64,000 nucleotides of DNA from Erysipelotrichaceae bacterium (GCA_012523895.1 JAAYSZ010000033.1:59389-123388), one strand, 5' to 3'; shown: positions 36,186-46,064, counted from the first letter of the stretch. Numbers and translations: made by a program. Notes: generated by a model not told the origin, from the sequence alone.

Positions 36186-38537
36186 ATGAGTAATATATTT
36201 GATAGAATATTTAACGTTGATAAAAGACGTCTTAAAGAAATAGAGAAAAAAATAGAACCTGTTTTAGCTTTATCTCAAACTTATAGAAATATGAGTGATG
36301 AAGAGTTAAAAGCAAAGACAGAAGAGTTTAAAGAGAAACTTGCAAATGGAGCAACTTTAGATGATATCTTAGTTGATGCTTTTGCGACTGTAAGAGAAGC
36401 AGCTTATAGAGTAATTGGTGAGTATCCATATAAAGAACAGTTAATGGGTGCTGCAGTTATGCAAGGTGGAGATATTGCGGAAATGAAGACAGGTGAAGGT
36501 AAAACACTTACATCTGTAATGGCAGTATATTTAAATGCATTGACTGGAAAAGGTGTCCATGTAGTTACAGTTAACGAATATCTTGCAAAGCGTGACTCTG
36601 AGTGGATGGGAGATATTCATAGATTTTTAGGTTTAACTGTAGGATTAAACTTAAGGCAATTAACGCCTTTACAAAAAAGAAATGCGTATCTTTGTGATAT
36701 TACTTATACAACAAATGCAGAAGTTGGTTTTGATTATCTAAGAGATAATATGGTAATTAAAGTTGAAGATAGAGTTTTAAGAGAACTTAATTTTGCGCTA
36801 GTTGACGAAGTAGATAGTATTTTAATTGATGAATCTAGGACTCCATTAATTATTTCTGGAGGAGAAAAACAAACCGCAAATCAATATCTACAAGCTGATA
36901 GATTTGCAAAACGTTTAAGCAAAGAAGATTATGATATTGATATTAAAGGAAGAACGATTCAGTTAACTGAAAGTGGAGTTGCAAAAGCTGAAAAAGCTTT
37001 TAAAGTTGAGAATTTATATAATTTAGATCATACAAATACACTTCACCATATTAATCAAGCATTAAAGGCTAATTATATTATGGCTAAGGATATTGAGTAT
37101 GTAGTTGATAAAGAAAATGATGAAATAGTAATAGTAGATCAAAACACTGGTCGTATGATGAAGGGTAGAGCTTATTCAGATGGTTTACATCAAGCAATAG
37201 AAGCAAAAGAAGGAATAAGCATTAAACAAGAAACTACAACTTTAGCTACAATTACTTATCAAAACTTCTTTAGATTATATAATAAGCTAGCGGGAATGAC
37301 AGGTACCGCAAAAACTGAAGAAGAAGAGTTCATGAGTATTTATAATATGAGAGTTTATGAAATACCTACTCATAGACCTGTAATAAGAATAGATTTACCT
37401 GATGCAGTATATGGGACTAAAAAGGCTAAGTATGAAGCGTTAGTTAATAAGATAAAAGAACTTAATGAAAAAGGACAGCCTGTTTTAGTTGGTACTATTG
37501 CGGTAGAAACTTCTGAATTAATTAGCAAGATGTTAAAATCTAGAAAAATTAGACATGAAATATTAAACGCAAAAAATCACCAAAGAGAAGCTGAAATTAT
37601 CGCGAAGGCAGGTAGAAAAGGTGCTGTTACAATAGCGACAAACATGGCTGGTAGAGGAACTGACATTAAACTTCAAGAAGGTGTAATTGAACTTGGAGGC
37701 TTAGCTGTATTAGGTAGTGAAAGACATGAATCTAGACGTATAGATAATCAGTTAAGAGGAAGAAGTGGAAGACAAGGAGACCCTGGTTTTTCTCAATTCT
37801 ATGTTTCTGTACAAGATGATTTAATGGTTAGATTTGGTAGTGAAAGAATGGAAGGTCTATTTGCATCATTAGGTGATGTAGCTATTGAATCAAAACAAAT
37901 TACTAAGGCAATAAGTTCTGCACAAAGACGTGTTGAAGGTGTTAACTTTGATGGAAGAAAAGCTTTGCTTGAATATGACGATGTATTAAGACAACAAAGA
38001 GAAATTATTTATGAACAAAGAAATTTCATCTTAGAAAATGATGATGTTCATGGAATAGTTAAAGAAATGTTTGATAGAGTTGTAAGAAAAACTGTGGAAA
38101 ATAATACAGATTATACAACTAGAATACCAACTATAAATAGTGTTGAATTAATAGATAGTTTAAATAAATTAGGATTTAAAGAAAAATTTGATGAAGCAAC
38201 TTTTGACAATAAAGAAGTAGAAGAAGTTGTTGAAGTATTAAGTGAAAAAGCTTGGAATGAATATGAAGAAAAAATAAAAGAAGTTAAAAAACAAGTTTTA
38301 CCAATTGAAAAGGCTATGGTATTAAAGATTATTGATAGAGCTTGGGTAAATCATATTGATACAATGAGTAAACTTAGAGATGGTATTCATTTAAGGTCTT
38401 ATGCACAGGATAATCCTTTACAAGCGTATGTAAATGAAGGTTATGAAATGTTTGAAGGCATGATGCAGGATATTTCTATGGAAATAGTTAGATTCTGTAT
38501 GAATGTTAGAATTGTAATGGAACAAAGGAAAAGATAA
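36186..38537 (+). CDS. secA: preprotein translocase ATPase SecA
   Basis: MKTGEGKTL Walker A, DEVDSILIDE, TNMAGRGTDI. This 783-aa form lacks the C-terminal zinc tail. Confidence 0.95.
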   Translation: MSNIFDRIFNVDKRRLKEIEKKIEPVLALSQTYRNMSDEELKAKTEEFKEKLANGATLDDILVDAFATVREAAYRVIGEYPYKEQLMGAAVMQGGDIAEMKTGEGKTLTSVMAVYLNALTGKGVHVVTVNEYLAKRDSEWMGDIHRFLGLTVGLNLRQLTPLQKRNAYLCDITYTTNAEVGFDYLRDNMVIKVEDRVLRELNFALVDEVDSILIDESRTPLIISGGEKQTANQYLQADRFAKRLSKEDYDIDIKGRTIQLTESGVAKAEKAFKVENLYNLDHTNTLHHINQALKANYIMAKDIEYVVDKENDEIVIVDQNTGRMMKGRAYSDGLHQAIEAKEGISIKQETTTLATITYQNFFRLYNKLAGMTGTAKTEEEEFMSIYNMRVYEIPTHRPVIRIDLPDAVYGTKKAKYEALVNKIKELNEKGQPVLVGTIAVETSELISKMLKSRKIRHEILNAKNHQREAEIIAKAGRKGAVTIATNMAGRGTDIKLQEGVIELGGLAVLGSERHESRRIDNQLRGRSGRQGDPGFSQFYVSVQDDLMVRFGSERMEGLFASLGDVAIESKQITKAISSAQRRVEGVNFDGRKALLEYDDVLRQQREIIYEQRNFILENDDVHGIVKEMFDRVVRKTVENNTDYTTRIPTINSVELIDSLNKLGFKEKFDEATFDNKEVEEVVEVLSEKAWNEYEEKIKEVKKQVLPIEKAMVLKIIDRAWVNHIDTMSKLRDGIHLRSYAQDNPLQAYVNEGYEMFEGMMQDISMEIVRFCMNVRIVMEQRKR

Positions 38538-38540
38538 AAA

Positions 38541-39642
38541 ATGGAAATATATGAATTAAAACAAACGATTGATGAAATAAATGCTAAGTTAAAACAACTT
38601 GGCCAATCTCTTTGACTTAGATAAAAGAAAAAAGTTAATAGAAGAAAATGAAGTTTTAATGACTGATGAAAATTTTTGGAATGATCCAAAAAAAGCACAA
38701 AGTATCATTCAAGAAACTAATATAAATAGGGAAATGATTTCTACTTATAAAAAACTTTCTGATGGTTTTAAAGATATAGAACTATCTCTTAATGAAATAA
38801 AAGATACATTTGATGAAGAGCTTAAAATATTAATTGAAGAAGAATATGAATCATTAATAAAAAAATTCGATGAATTTGAGATTAGAGTTTTATTAAGTGA
38901 GCCTTATGATAAATCCAATGCGATATTAGAACTTCATCCAGGAGCAGGTGGGACAGAATCACAAGATTGGGCACAAATGCTTTATAGGATGTATTCTAGA
39001 TGGGCAGAAAGACATGGATATAAAACTACAGTATTGGATTATCAAGCTGGTGATGAAGCAGGTATAAAATCTGTAAGTATTCTTATAGAAGGATATATGG
39101 TCTATGGATATTTAAAGGCGGAAAAAGGTGTTCATAGATTAGTAAGAATATCCCCATTTGACTCTTCTGGTAGACGTCATACATCTTTTGTATCTGTAGA
39201 TGTTATGCCTGAGTTTAATGATGAAATTGATTTGGTAATTGATGAAAAAGATTTAGAAATTACTACAATGAGGGCAAGTGGAGCTGGAGGTCAACATGTA
39301 AATAAAACTGATAGTGCAGTTAGAATTTTACACAAACCTTCTGGTATTGTAGTAACTTGTCAAGTTGAAAGAAGTCAAATAAAAAATAAAGAACGTGCAA
39401 TGAATATGCTTAAAAGTAAGTTATATTTAAAAGCAATTGAAGAAAAGAAAGCTAAGTTAAATGAAATCAAGGGTGAACAAAAATCAATTGAGTGGGGTTC
39501 TCAAATTAGATCCTATGTATTTTGTCCTTATACAATGGTTAAAGATTTAAGAACTAATTATGAAGAGACTAATGTTCAAGCGGTAATGGATGGAGATATT
39601 GATGATTTCATCTTTAGTTACTTAAAATCACAAATTTCTTAA
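38541..39642 (+). CDS. prfB: peptide chain release factor 2 (requires a programmed +1 frameshift at 38610-38616)
   Basis: Frame 0 reads [24 protein letters not shown] and then TGA. The +1 frame continues [11 protein letters not shown]... and carries the SPF and GGQ motifs. Confidence 0.9.
38610..38616 (+). other. prfB +1 frameshift site CTT TGA C
   Basis: The exact heptamer CTTTGAC is the classical RF2 autoregulatory slippery site. Confidence 0.9.
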
Positions 39643-39714
39643 AAAAAAATGAACCTTTTTGATGTTAAAGTACTCTTTATTATGAAGGCACCAAAAAGGG
39701 AATGTAAAATATGT

Positions 39715-39747
39715 AAAAAAGTCGTAACTATAATAAGCGACTTTTTT
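39715..39747. terminator. bidirectional terminator between prfB (+) and nudC (-)
   Basis: AAAAAAGTCG pairs with CGACTTTTTT. The hairpin overlaps the nudC stop codon. Confidence 0.65.
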
Positions 39748-40549
39748 ATATTTTATTGTTTTTAAATGCACTTATAAGCTCTTGAGTTAATGATGTATTA
39801 TTTTGAAATTCTGGGATTTCTTCTCTATAAAGCCATCTAGCTTCTGATAATTCAATTTCATCAACAGTTATTGTATCATCACCATCTAAATCACATATAA
39901 AACCTAATAATAGTGAATCTGTAAAAGACCAAGGTTGAGATTTATAATATTTAATATTTTTAACTTTTAAACCAACTTCTTCTAAGACTTCTCTTTTTAC
40001 AGTTTCTTCTACAGTTTCTCCTATTTCACAAAAGCCAGCTACTAAAGCATATTTTCCTGAGCCTCTTTTATATTTTGTAAGAACAGCCCTATTTCCATCT
40101 TTAATTAATACAATTACTGCAGGATTTATTTTTGGGTAGATAATATTGTTACAATTATTACAAATTAATGCTCTTTCATTAATGCTATGATTCATTAAAG
40201 AAGCACATCTTCCACAATACTTATTATCTATTAACCAATTGTTAATTTGATAAGCAGTAATACCAACAAATGAAACCCAGTTATTATTAAAATATCTAAG
40301 TTCTCTAATTTCTACTTTTTTAAAATCGGATTTTTTAATTGAATTAGTTAAAAATACATTTTGATTATCGATTGAAAATAAATAATATAATTTAAGTTCT
40401 TTATCTTTTATTTGACTATATTTTATAAAACTATTGTCTGTATTTAATAAAATTGCGTTATTTTCAAATTGTACAATAAAATCATTGTCTTTAGCTTCTT
40501 TGACAATGTATTGATTATTAAATATTTTAGGTAATATATCTTGTATCAT
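39746..40549 (-). CDS. nudC: NAD(+) diphosphatase (NADH pyrophosphatase) NudC
   Basis: Zinc ribbon CGRC...CNNC followed by the Nudix box GFCEIGETVEETVKREVLEEVG. Confidence 0.85.
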   Translation of the reverse strand: MIQDILPKIFNNQYIVKEAKDNDFIVQFENNAILLNTDNSFIKYSQIKDKELKLYYLFSIDNQNVFLTNSIKKSDFKKVEIRELRYFNNNWVSFVGITAYQINNWLIDNKYCGRCASLMNHSINERALICNNCNNIIYPKINPAVIVLIKDGNRAVLTKYKRGSGKYALVAGFCEIGETVEETVKREVLEEVGLKVKNIKYYKSQPWSFTDSLLLGFICDLDGDDTITVDEIELSEARWLYREEIPEFQNNTSLTQELISAFKNNKI

Positions 40550-40605
40550 ATAAACAAAAAGGCATTCATGCCCAACACAATAATTATATAATAAATATAG
40601 ATATA

Positions 40606-40634
40606 TTAACAGACTACAAATTTAAAAATACTAT
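40606..40634 (+). promoter_or_regulatory. candidate promoter of a long leader upstream of the first PMI gene
   Basis: TTAACA, a 17-nt spacer, then TACTAT. Confidence 0.3.
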
Positions 40635-40921
40635 AGTATCATAAAGGTACATAAAGGAACGTTAATATAATAAGAAGGAAAGGTTTGATTTTGTGATGAA
40701 GGAGATTCTACTAGAATATTAATTCATGTTCTTAATTATGTGCAGAATAATTAAGGACGGACAAAAAAACTACAATACGATTCAAATAAAAATAGAAAGA
40801 GAAAGTCTGCATAAGAGGGTAGACCAATGGACACAGAATTTTTAAAAAATTGAATAGATTTAGATAAATCAGGGAAACCTGATAGAAAGAATACAGTTTC
40901 TTAATTTAATAATGAAAGTAG

Positions 40922-40952
40922 AGAACAATCATAGAGGATTGTTCTTTTGATT
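40922..40952 (+). terminator. intrinsic terminator/attenuator about 65 nt upstream of the PMI start codon
   Basis: AGAACAATC pairs with GATTGTTCT around a 6-nt loop, followed by TTTGATT. Confidence 0.55.
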
Positions 40953-41014
40953 ATGTGTTTTTAATACAAAAAGTTTTATTAATCCATGCTAGAATAATGA
41001 TGGAGGTAAACACA

Positions 41015-41959
41015 ATGAATAAAGAAATTAAAAAAATAATACCTGCTTACAAAGATTATTTATGGGGTGGTACTAAACTTAAGGAAAAATATAATAAAGA
41101 AAGCAATTTGGAAATAGTTGCGGAAAGCTGGGAAGTATCAACTCATAAAGATGGATCTTCTATGATTGATGGAATAACACTAAAAGAATACATTGAAAAT
41201 AATAAAGGTATTCTTGGGACAAAAGTTGACGGAGACAATCTTCCTATTTTAATTAAATTAATAGATGCTAAACAAGATTTAAGTATTCAAGTCCATCCAG
41301 GAAATGAATATGCTAGAAAATATGAAAATGATAATGGAAAAACAGAAATGTGGTATATTGTTGAAGCAGAAGAAGGGTCATTTTTATATGCTGGTGTAAG
41401 TAAAAAAATGGATAAAGAAGAACTTTCTGAAAGTGTAAATGATGGAAGTATTACAGATAAATTAAATAGAGTTTATGTAAAAAAAGGCGATGTATTATTT
41501 ATTGAGCCAGGAACTATACATGCGATTGGAAAAGGGATTATAATATATGAAATCCAACAACAATCAAATGTAACATATAGATTGTATGATTTTAAAAGAA
41601 AAGATGCTTTAGGTAATGAAAGAGAATTACATATAGATAAATCGATGGATGTTTCTAATTTAAATCCTCAAGAGTGGAGTTTAAAAGCTGATGAAATATT
41701 AATTGATGATGAAAATCAAAAAGTAAGTAAGATAAGAAGTTGTGAATACTTTAATGTTTATCATTATCAAGTAAAAGATGAAGTTATTATGAAAAACACT
41801 TCAGAAACAATTGTGTTTATCACAATGTTAGATGGTGAAGGAAAAATAGTAGGCGAAAATACTTTAGATGTAAAAAAAGGAGATACTATTTTAATTCCTG
41901 CATATGATGGAGAAGTTAAATTTGTAGGAAATGGAGAATATATTTATTCAACATTATAA
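41015..41959 (+). CDS. manA: mannose-6-phosphate isomerase, class I (Firmicute ~315-aa type), paralogue 1
   Basis: YLWGG, LSIQVHP, KTEMWYIV and GTIHAIGKG supply the Zn ligands Q/H, E, H. I place the start at ATG 41015 behind GGAGGT. Confidence 0.8.
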   Translation: MNKEIKKIIPAYKDYLWGGTKLKEKYNKESNLEIVAESWEVSTHKDGSSMIDGITLKEYIENNKGILGTKVDGDNLPILIKLIDAKQDLSIQVHPGNEYARKYENDNGKTEMWYIVEAEEGSFLYAGVSKKMDKEELSESVNDGSITDKLNRVYVKKGDVLFIEPGTIHAIGKGIIIYEIQQQSNVTYRLYDFKRKDALGNERELHIDKSMDVSNLNPQEWSLKADEILIDDENQKVSKIRSCEYFNVYHYQVKDEVIMKNTSETIVFITMLDGEGKIVGENTLDVKKGDTILIPAYDGEVKFVGNGEYIYSTL

Positions 41960-41986
41960 AGAATAATCTTTAAGATTGTTCTTTTT
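41959..41986 (+). terminator. rho-independent terminator
   Basis: AAGAATAATC pairs with GATTGTTCTT (one G-U pair), followed by TTT. Confidence 0.6.
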
Positions 41987-42043
41987 AATTTGTTATATAT
42001 TAATTTAAAATAATATTAAAGAAAGTTATAATACATTTTTTAG

Positions 42044-42928
42044 ATGGAAGATACTATGAATACAATTTGGTCTGATTATATACAAGGTATAGGTACACTT
42101 TATTTTTCTCGAAGTTTAAGATTTTCAGATGAGTATAAAAATAGTTATATGAATATTTTTAATATTGATGATAAATCTCGTATTTTAGAAATAGGTTGTG
42201 GACCAGGAGCTTTGAGTGAGTCTCTTTCAAGATGGTATCCAGATTCAGAAATAATTGGTATAGATCAAGATTCATCTTTTATAAAATATGCAAGATTGCA
42301 ATCTCCTCATATTAATTTTTTAGAAGCTGATGCGACTAAATTACCTTTTGAAGATAACTTTTTTGATGTTGTAATATCAAATACTGTTCAAGAACATATT
42401 GAGCCATCTAAGTTTTTTAAGGAACAATATAGAGTTTTAAAAGAAGGTGGAATTTGTATTGTTTTATCTATGAGAAAAGGTATAGAAATAATGTCGGATT
42501 GTATATTATCAAATAGTGATTATGAAAAAGAAATATGGGATAGGGTAGAAGATTTTAATAAAAAAATAATACAAGATAATAATGTAGGTAAATATGCTAA
42601 AAGTGAAAAAGAATTACCTATAATTATGGAAAAGTATGGTTTTAAACATGTTTCAACTGATTATTTAACTATTAATCTTACTCCTGATAATTCTAAAAAT
42701 TCAAAAGATTTAGCTTGTTCTATTATAAATTCTTGGCGTCAGACAGACCTTGATGCGATTAATTCATTAAGAAATATTAAACCTATAATAGTAGATGAAG
42801 AAGAAATTTTAAAAATGCTAAAAATCATAAATAAAAAATATGATAAACGTATAGAACTTTATGATAAAGGAATAAAACAATGGGATACAAAAGTATCATT
42901 AATAATGATTTTAAGAGGTAAAAAATAA
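42044..42928 (+). CDS. class I SAM-dependent methyltransferase
   Basis: ILEIGCGPGAL motif I, GIDQD, and DVVISNTVQEH. Confidence 0.7.
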   Translation: MEDTMNTIWSDYIQGIGTLYFSRSLRFSDEYKNSYMNIFNIDDKSRILEIGCGPGALSESLSRWYPDSEIIGIDQDSSFIKYARLQSPHINFLEADATKLPFEDNFFDVVISNTVQEHIEPSKFFKEQYRVLKEGGICIVLSMRKGIEIMSDCILSNSDYEKEIWDRVEDFNKKIIQDNNVGKYAKSEKELPIIMEKYGFKHVSTDYLTINLTPDNSKNSKDLACSIINSWRQTDLDAINSLRNIKPIIVDEEEILKMLKIINKKYDKRIELYDKGIKQWDTKVSLIMILRGKK

Positions 42929-42997
42929 GTTAATATTGTAAAGATATTATACGTACAGTTAATTTTATGAGATAATATTTCAAAAGGAGATTTGACT

Positions 42998-43690
42998 ATG
43001 AATAAGGAAAAATTAATTAATGATTTAAAAGGGGAATTAATAGTTTCTTGTCAAGCTTTAGAAGGAGAACCATTATATAGACCTGAAGGTGGAGTTATGG
43101 TGCTTATGGCTAAAGCAGCTATAGAAGCAGGTGCTAAAGGGATTCGTGCTCAAGGAGTTGTTGATGTAAAACAAATCAAAGATGCATTTGATGTTCCGGT
43201 AATTGGTATTATTAAACGTGCTTATGAAGGTTATGATGGTTACATTACAATAACTATGAAAGAGTTTGATGAACTTATGGAAACCGGCTGTGAAATTATT
43301 GCGTTTGATGCAACATTACGTAAACGTGCTGATGGCTTAACTCCTGCTCAGTTTATTGAAAAAGTTAAAGAAAAATATCCAGATGTATTAATAATGGCGG
43401 ATTGTTCAAGTATTGAAGATGCACTTGCAGTACAAGATGTTGTTGATTTCTTAGGTACTACAATGAGTGGATATGCTGGTGTTCCACCTAAAGTTCCAGG
43501 ACCTGATTATGAACTTATGAAAGACATAGTTGAAAAATGTAATAAACCACTTATTGCTGAAGGTAGAATTCATACACCTGAACAAGCTAAGAAAGCATTT
43601 GAATGTGGTGCTCATTGTGTTGTAGTTGGAGGAGCTATTACTCGTCCATTAGAAATTACACAAAGATTTATGAAAGGAATTAAAGGATAA
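42998..43690 (+). CDS. nanE: N-acetylmannosamine-6-phosphate 2-epimerase
   Basis: LIVSCQALEGEPL, GIIKR, and AEGRIHTPEQA match the NanE pattern. I place the start at ATG 42998, 7 nt after AAGGAGA. Confidence 0.85.
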   Translation: MNKEKLINDLKGELIVSCQALEGEPLYRPEGGVMVLMAKAAIEAGAKGIRAQGVVDVKQIKDAFDVPVIGIIKRAYEGYDGYITITMKEFDELMETGCEIIAFDATLRKRADGLTPAQFIEKVKEKYPDVLIMADCSSIEDALAVQDVVDFLGTTMSGYAGVPPKVPGPDYELMKDIVEKCNKPLIAEGRIHTPEQAKKAFECGAHCVVVGGAITRPLEITQRFMKGIKG

Positions 43691-43697
43691 TAACTGT

Positions 43698-43721
43698 AAT
43701 ACCTACCTTTTGGTAGGTATT
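43698..43721 (+). other. 10-bp hairpin between nanE and the cupin PGI (no U-tract)
   Basis: AATACCTACC, TTTT loop, GGTAGGTATT. It may be an RNA processing or stability element, or a weak attenuator. Confidence 0.3.
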
Positions 43722-43739
43722 ATTAAAAAGGGGTATTTA

Positions 43740-44312
43740 ATGATAAAAAAAGCGACGGCTCAATTATTTTTAAATTCATCAGAAATTTTAAGAGGTGAAG
43801 GTGTTAAAAAATATACTAAGAAAGTAAGTGAACTTGCATCTGTATTTTTAAATAGTGAAATGGCTAAAGAAAATAATGAAATTGCTTATGAAGTATATTC
43901 AATTAATATTAGTGAAGATAATGATGAATCTTTACAATATGGTGTAACAGTTTTAAAACCTGTAACAGTTGATGGTGAGTGTGTTTTAACACGTGGTCAT
44001 TTTCATGCGGATTCAAGTTATGGAGAAGTTTATCTTGGATTAAGTGGAGAAGGCTTTTTGTTGAAATGGGATGGGAATGAAGAAGTTGTACTAGAAAAAG
44101 TAATACCTGGATCAGTACATATAATTGATGGAAAAGAAGCACATAGACTTATAAATATAGGAGAAACTGATTTAAGTGTGGGTGCTATTTGGAGTAAAAA
44201 TGCAGGTTATGACTATAATACAATTGAAGAAAGAGGATTTCCTGTTCGTGTATTTAAAAATAATGGACAAATAGAAATAAGGGGTAAAAATGGCGAAAAA
44301 AGAGAATGTTAG
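43740..44312 (+). CDS. cupin-type glucose-6-phosphate isomerase (archaeal cPGI family)
   Basis: TRGHFHADSSYGEVY plus a downstream H...IN.GE equals the cPGI metal-binding cupin motif. I place the start at ATG 43740 behind AAGGGG. Confidence 0.7.
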   Translation: MIKKATAQLFLNSSEILRGEGVKKYTKKVSELASVFLNSEMAKENNEIAYEVYSINISEDNDESLQYGVTVLKPVTVDGECVLTRGHFHADSSYGEVYLGLSGEGFLLKWDGNEEVVLEKVIPGSVHIIDGKEAHRLINIGETDLSVGAIWSKNAGYDYNTIEERGFPVRVFKNNGQIEIRGKNGEKREC

Positions 44313-44640
44313 AACTTCTGCCGGACGTCAAGTTATGGCAGTGTTTGATAATTATAAGGCTTATGATGAAAGTACAGCTTTAACAATTAAGGACTTTGAA
44401 AAAGTTCCTTTATCTAGTGAAATGATTGCATATACTTTTGGAAATATGATTGATGAAAAAGTTATAATTCCTGTAGGAGAAGATCGTTTTTACTTAGATA
44501 AAAATAGTTTTAAAAGATTAGAAAAAAAAGTTAATAGAATTTATTGGGTAATGCTATTAGCTCCTTCTGTGGCTTTAATAGTGTTTTTAATAATTATGAA
44601 TTATGACAAGATTTTTAATTGGTTAGGGGGTATAAAATGA
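44290..44640 (+). CDS. hypothetical tail-anchored membrane protein (116 aa)
   Basis: Soluble ~85-aa N-domain plus a single C-terminal TM segment, WVMLLAPSVALIVFLIIM. It overlaps both neighbouring genes. Confidence 0.5.
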   Translation: MAKKENVRTSAGRQVMAVFDNYKAYDESTALTIKDFEKVPLSSEMIAYTFGNMIDEKVIIPVGEDRFYLDKNSFKRLEKKVNRIYWVMLLAPSVALIVFLIIMNYDKIFNWLGGIK

Positions 44641-45551
44641 TATATCAATTAAAACCAATTACTGATATTACTATTTGGGGTGGAAAAATTCTTAATGAAA
44701 TAAGAGGACTTAAAGACACTAAGGGTGGAACATCTTGGGAAATTTCATTTCATCCTTATGGTATAAATGAAGTTATTGGTTTAAATACCAACTTAAAAGA
44801 ATTGTTAGATAAAGATCCTAAAGGCTTAATTGGTGATATTGATAAAGAAGAAGTTTTAAGACTTGCTTATTTAGACGCAGATGAATGGCTTTCTGTTCAA
44901 CTTCATCCAAATAATGATTATGCTTTAAATAATGGATATGATTATGGGAAATTTGAAGCATGGTATATTATTGATGCTAAACCTAATGCTAAGTTAATGG
45001 CGGGAACTACCATTGAATCTAAGGAAGAACTTATAGAAGCTATTGAAAGTGGAAATATAGAAGAAAAGATGATTTATCATCCTGTAAAAAAAGGTGATTT
45101 TATTTATATTCCAGCTAATGCATTACATGCTTTAGGTAAAGATATATTAGCTATTGAAATTAGTACAAATTCTAATACAACTTTTAGAGTGTATGATTAT
45201 AAGCGTAAAGATAAAGATGGTAATTTAAGAGAATTACATTTAAAACAAGTAGTTGATTGTGTTGATTTAAGTCTTTTACCAACTGTTATTTCTAGTGATG
45301 ATAGTGTTAAAAATGAATTGATTCCTTTAACACAAAATGAATATTTTGAAGTTTATCGTGTAAATATAGATGAAAAATTTACTTTAAATAACATTGAAAA
45401 TGATGCTTGGTATGTAACTATATTAAATAAAGGCTTAGAAATTGAGACAATTAAGACAAAATTATCTGAAAATCTATTAGTTAGCGCAAAAATAAATAGT
45501 TTTACAATCAAAGGAAATGGAAGTATACTTTTAAGTAGGACAACAAAATGA
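44637..45551 (+). CDS. class I phosphomannose-isomerase family protein, paralogue 2
   Basis: IWGG, LSVQLHP, KFEAWYII, ALHALGKD. ATG 44637 lies behind AGGGGG and forms an ATGA overlap. Confidence 0.75.
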   Translation: MIYQLKPITDITIWGGKILNEIRGLKDTKGGTSWEISFHPYGINEVIGLNTNLKELLDKDPKGLIGDIDKEEVLRLAYLDADEWLSVQLHPNNDYALNNGYDYGKFEAWYIIDAKPNAKLMAGTTIESKEELIEAIESGNIEEKMIYHPVKKGDFIYIPANALHALGKDILAIEISTNSNTTFRVYDYKRKDKDGNLRELHLKQVVDCVDLSLLPTVISSDDSVKNELIPLTQNEYFEVYRVNIDEKFTLNNIENDAWYVTILNKGLEIETIKTKLSENLLVSAKINSFTIKGNGSILLSRTTK

Positions 45552-46048
45552 AAAATTTATTTAGTAATTTTAATCAGTATTTCTTAGATAAAAGAAACCG
45601 CACAATTTATTATGACTCGAAAAAGAAAGTTGGATATATAGTTCACGAAAAAGATAGGGTTATAGTGAATTTTTTTCATAACCGTTTAACTGCAGGAATA
45701 TTATCAAGTGCTTTATTATTAGCTTATAAAATTAATCCAGTTATTAGTGTAGCTGTTGGTATTCTTGTTTATGTTGGAATGGACTTAATGTTAAAAAAGA
45801 GGTATTTACCTTCTTATACAATGCTTGCTAATTACAATATTGAAAAAGAAAAAGCTTCTATAAAGGAAAATCAAAAAAATCCGATTTGGATTATAGTATT
45901 AAGGCTTGTTCTTTCTATTATATTTTTAGGAGTAGTTTATTATGCTAGAAAAGAACAAGAATCTTATCAAACAATAGCCTTAGGTATTGTTGGTCTTTAT
46001 TTTTTAGTTACAAATATTAAAGAATTGTATACTAGTTATAAAGACTAG
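45548..46048 (+). CDS. hypothetical membrane protein (166 aa, about 4 TM segments)
   Basis: Hydrophobic segments are present. ATGA overlap with the upstream PMI gene. Confidence 0.5.
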   Translation: MKNLFSNFNQYFLDKRNRTIYYDSKKKVGYIVHEKDRVIVNFFHNRLTAGILSSALLLAYKINPVISVAVGILVYVGMDLMLKKRYLPSYTMLANYNIEKEKASIKENQKNPIWIIVLRLVLSIIFLGVVYYARKEQESYQTIALGIVGLYFLVTNIKELYTSYKD

Positions 46049-46064
46049 ATGAGTTAAATAGGGC

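Noticed and set aside
38441-38698. An 85-aa minus-strand ORF across the secA end and the prfB start. I also noted the track's 38599 start for prfB.
   Set aside because: The region is explained by the secA 3' end and by the prfB frame-0 leader plus the +1 frameshift. The 38599 'start' is an artefact of the frameshift.
40561-40573. A small GGCA/TGCC hairpin plus T-run immediately upstream of the nudC start (minus strand).
   Set aside because: The stem is only 4-5 bp around a tiny loop, too weak to call an attenuator.
40790-40850. An RNase P RNA-like GAGAAAGTCTGC ... ACAGAA string in the nudC/PMI intergenic region. tmRNA, 6S and SRP RNA were also considered.
   Set aside because: The motif sits in the wrong position relative to the putative 5' end. 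There is no P1 or P4 pairing partner, and no GGTTCGAATCC-type or other hallmark sequences. The resemblance is superficial.
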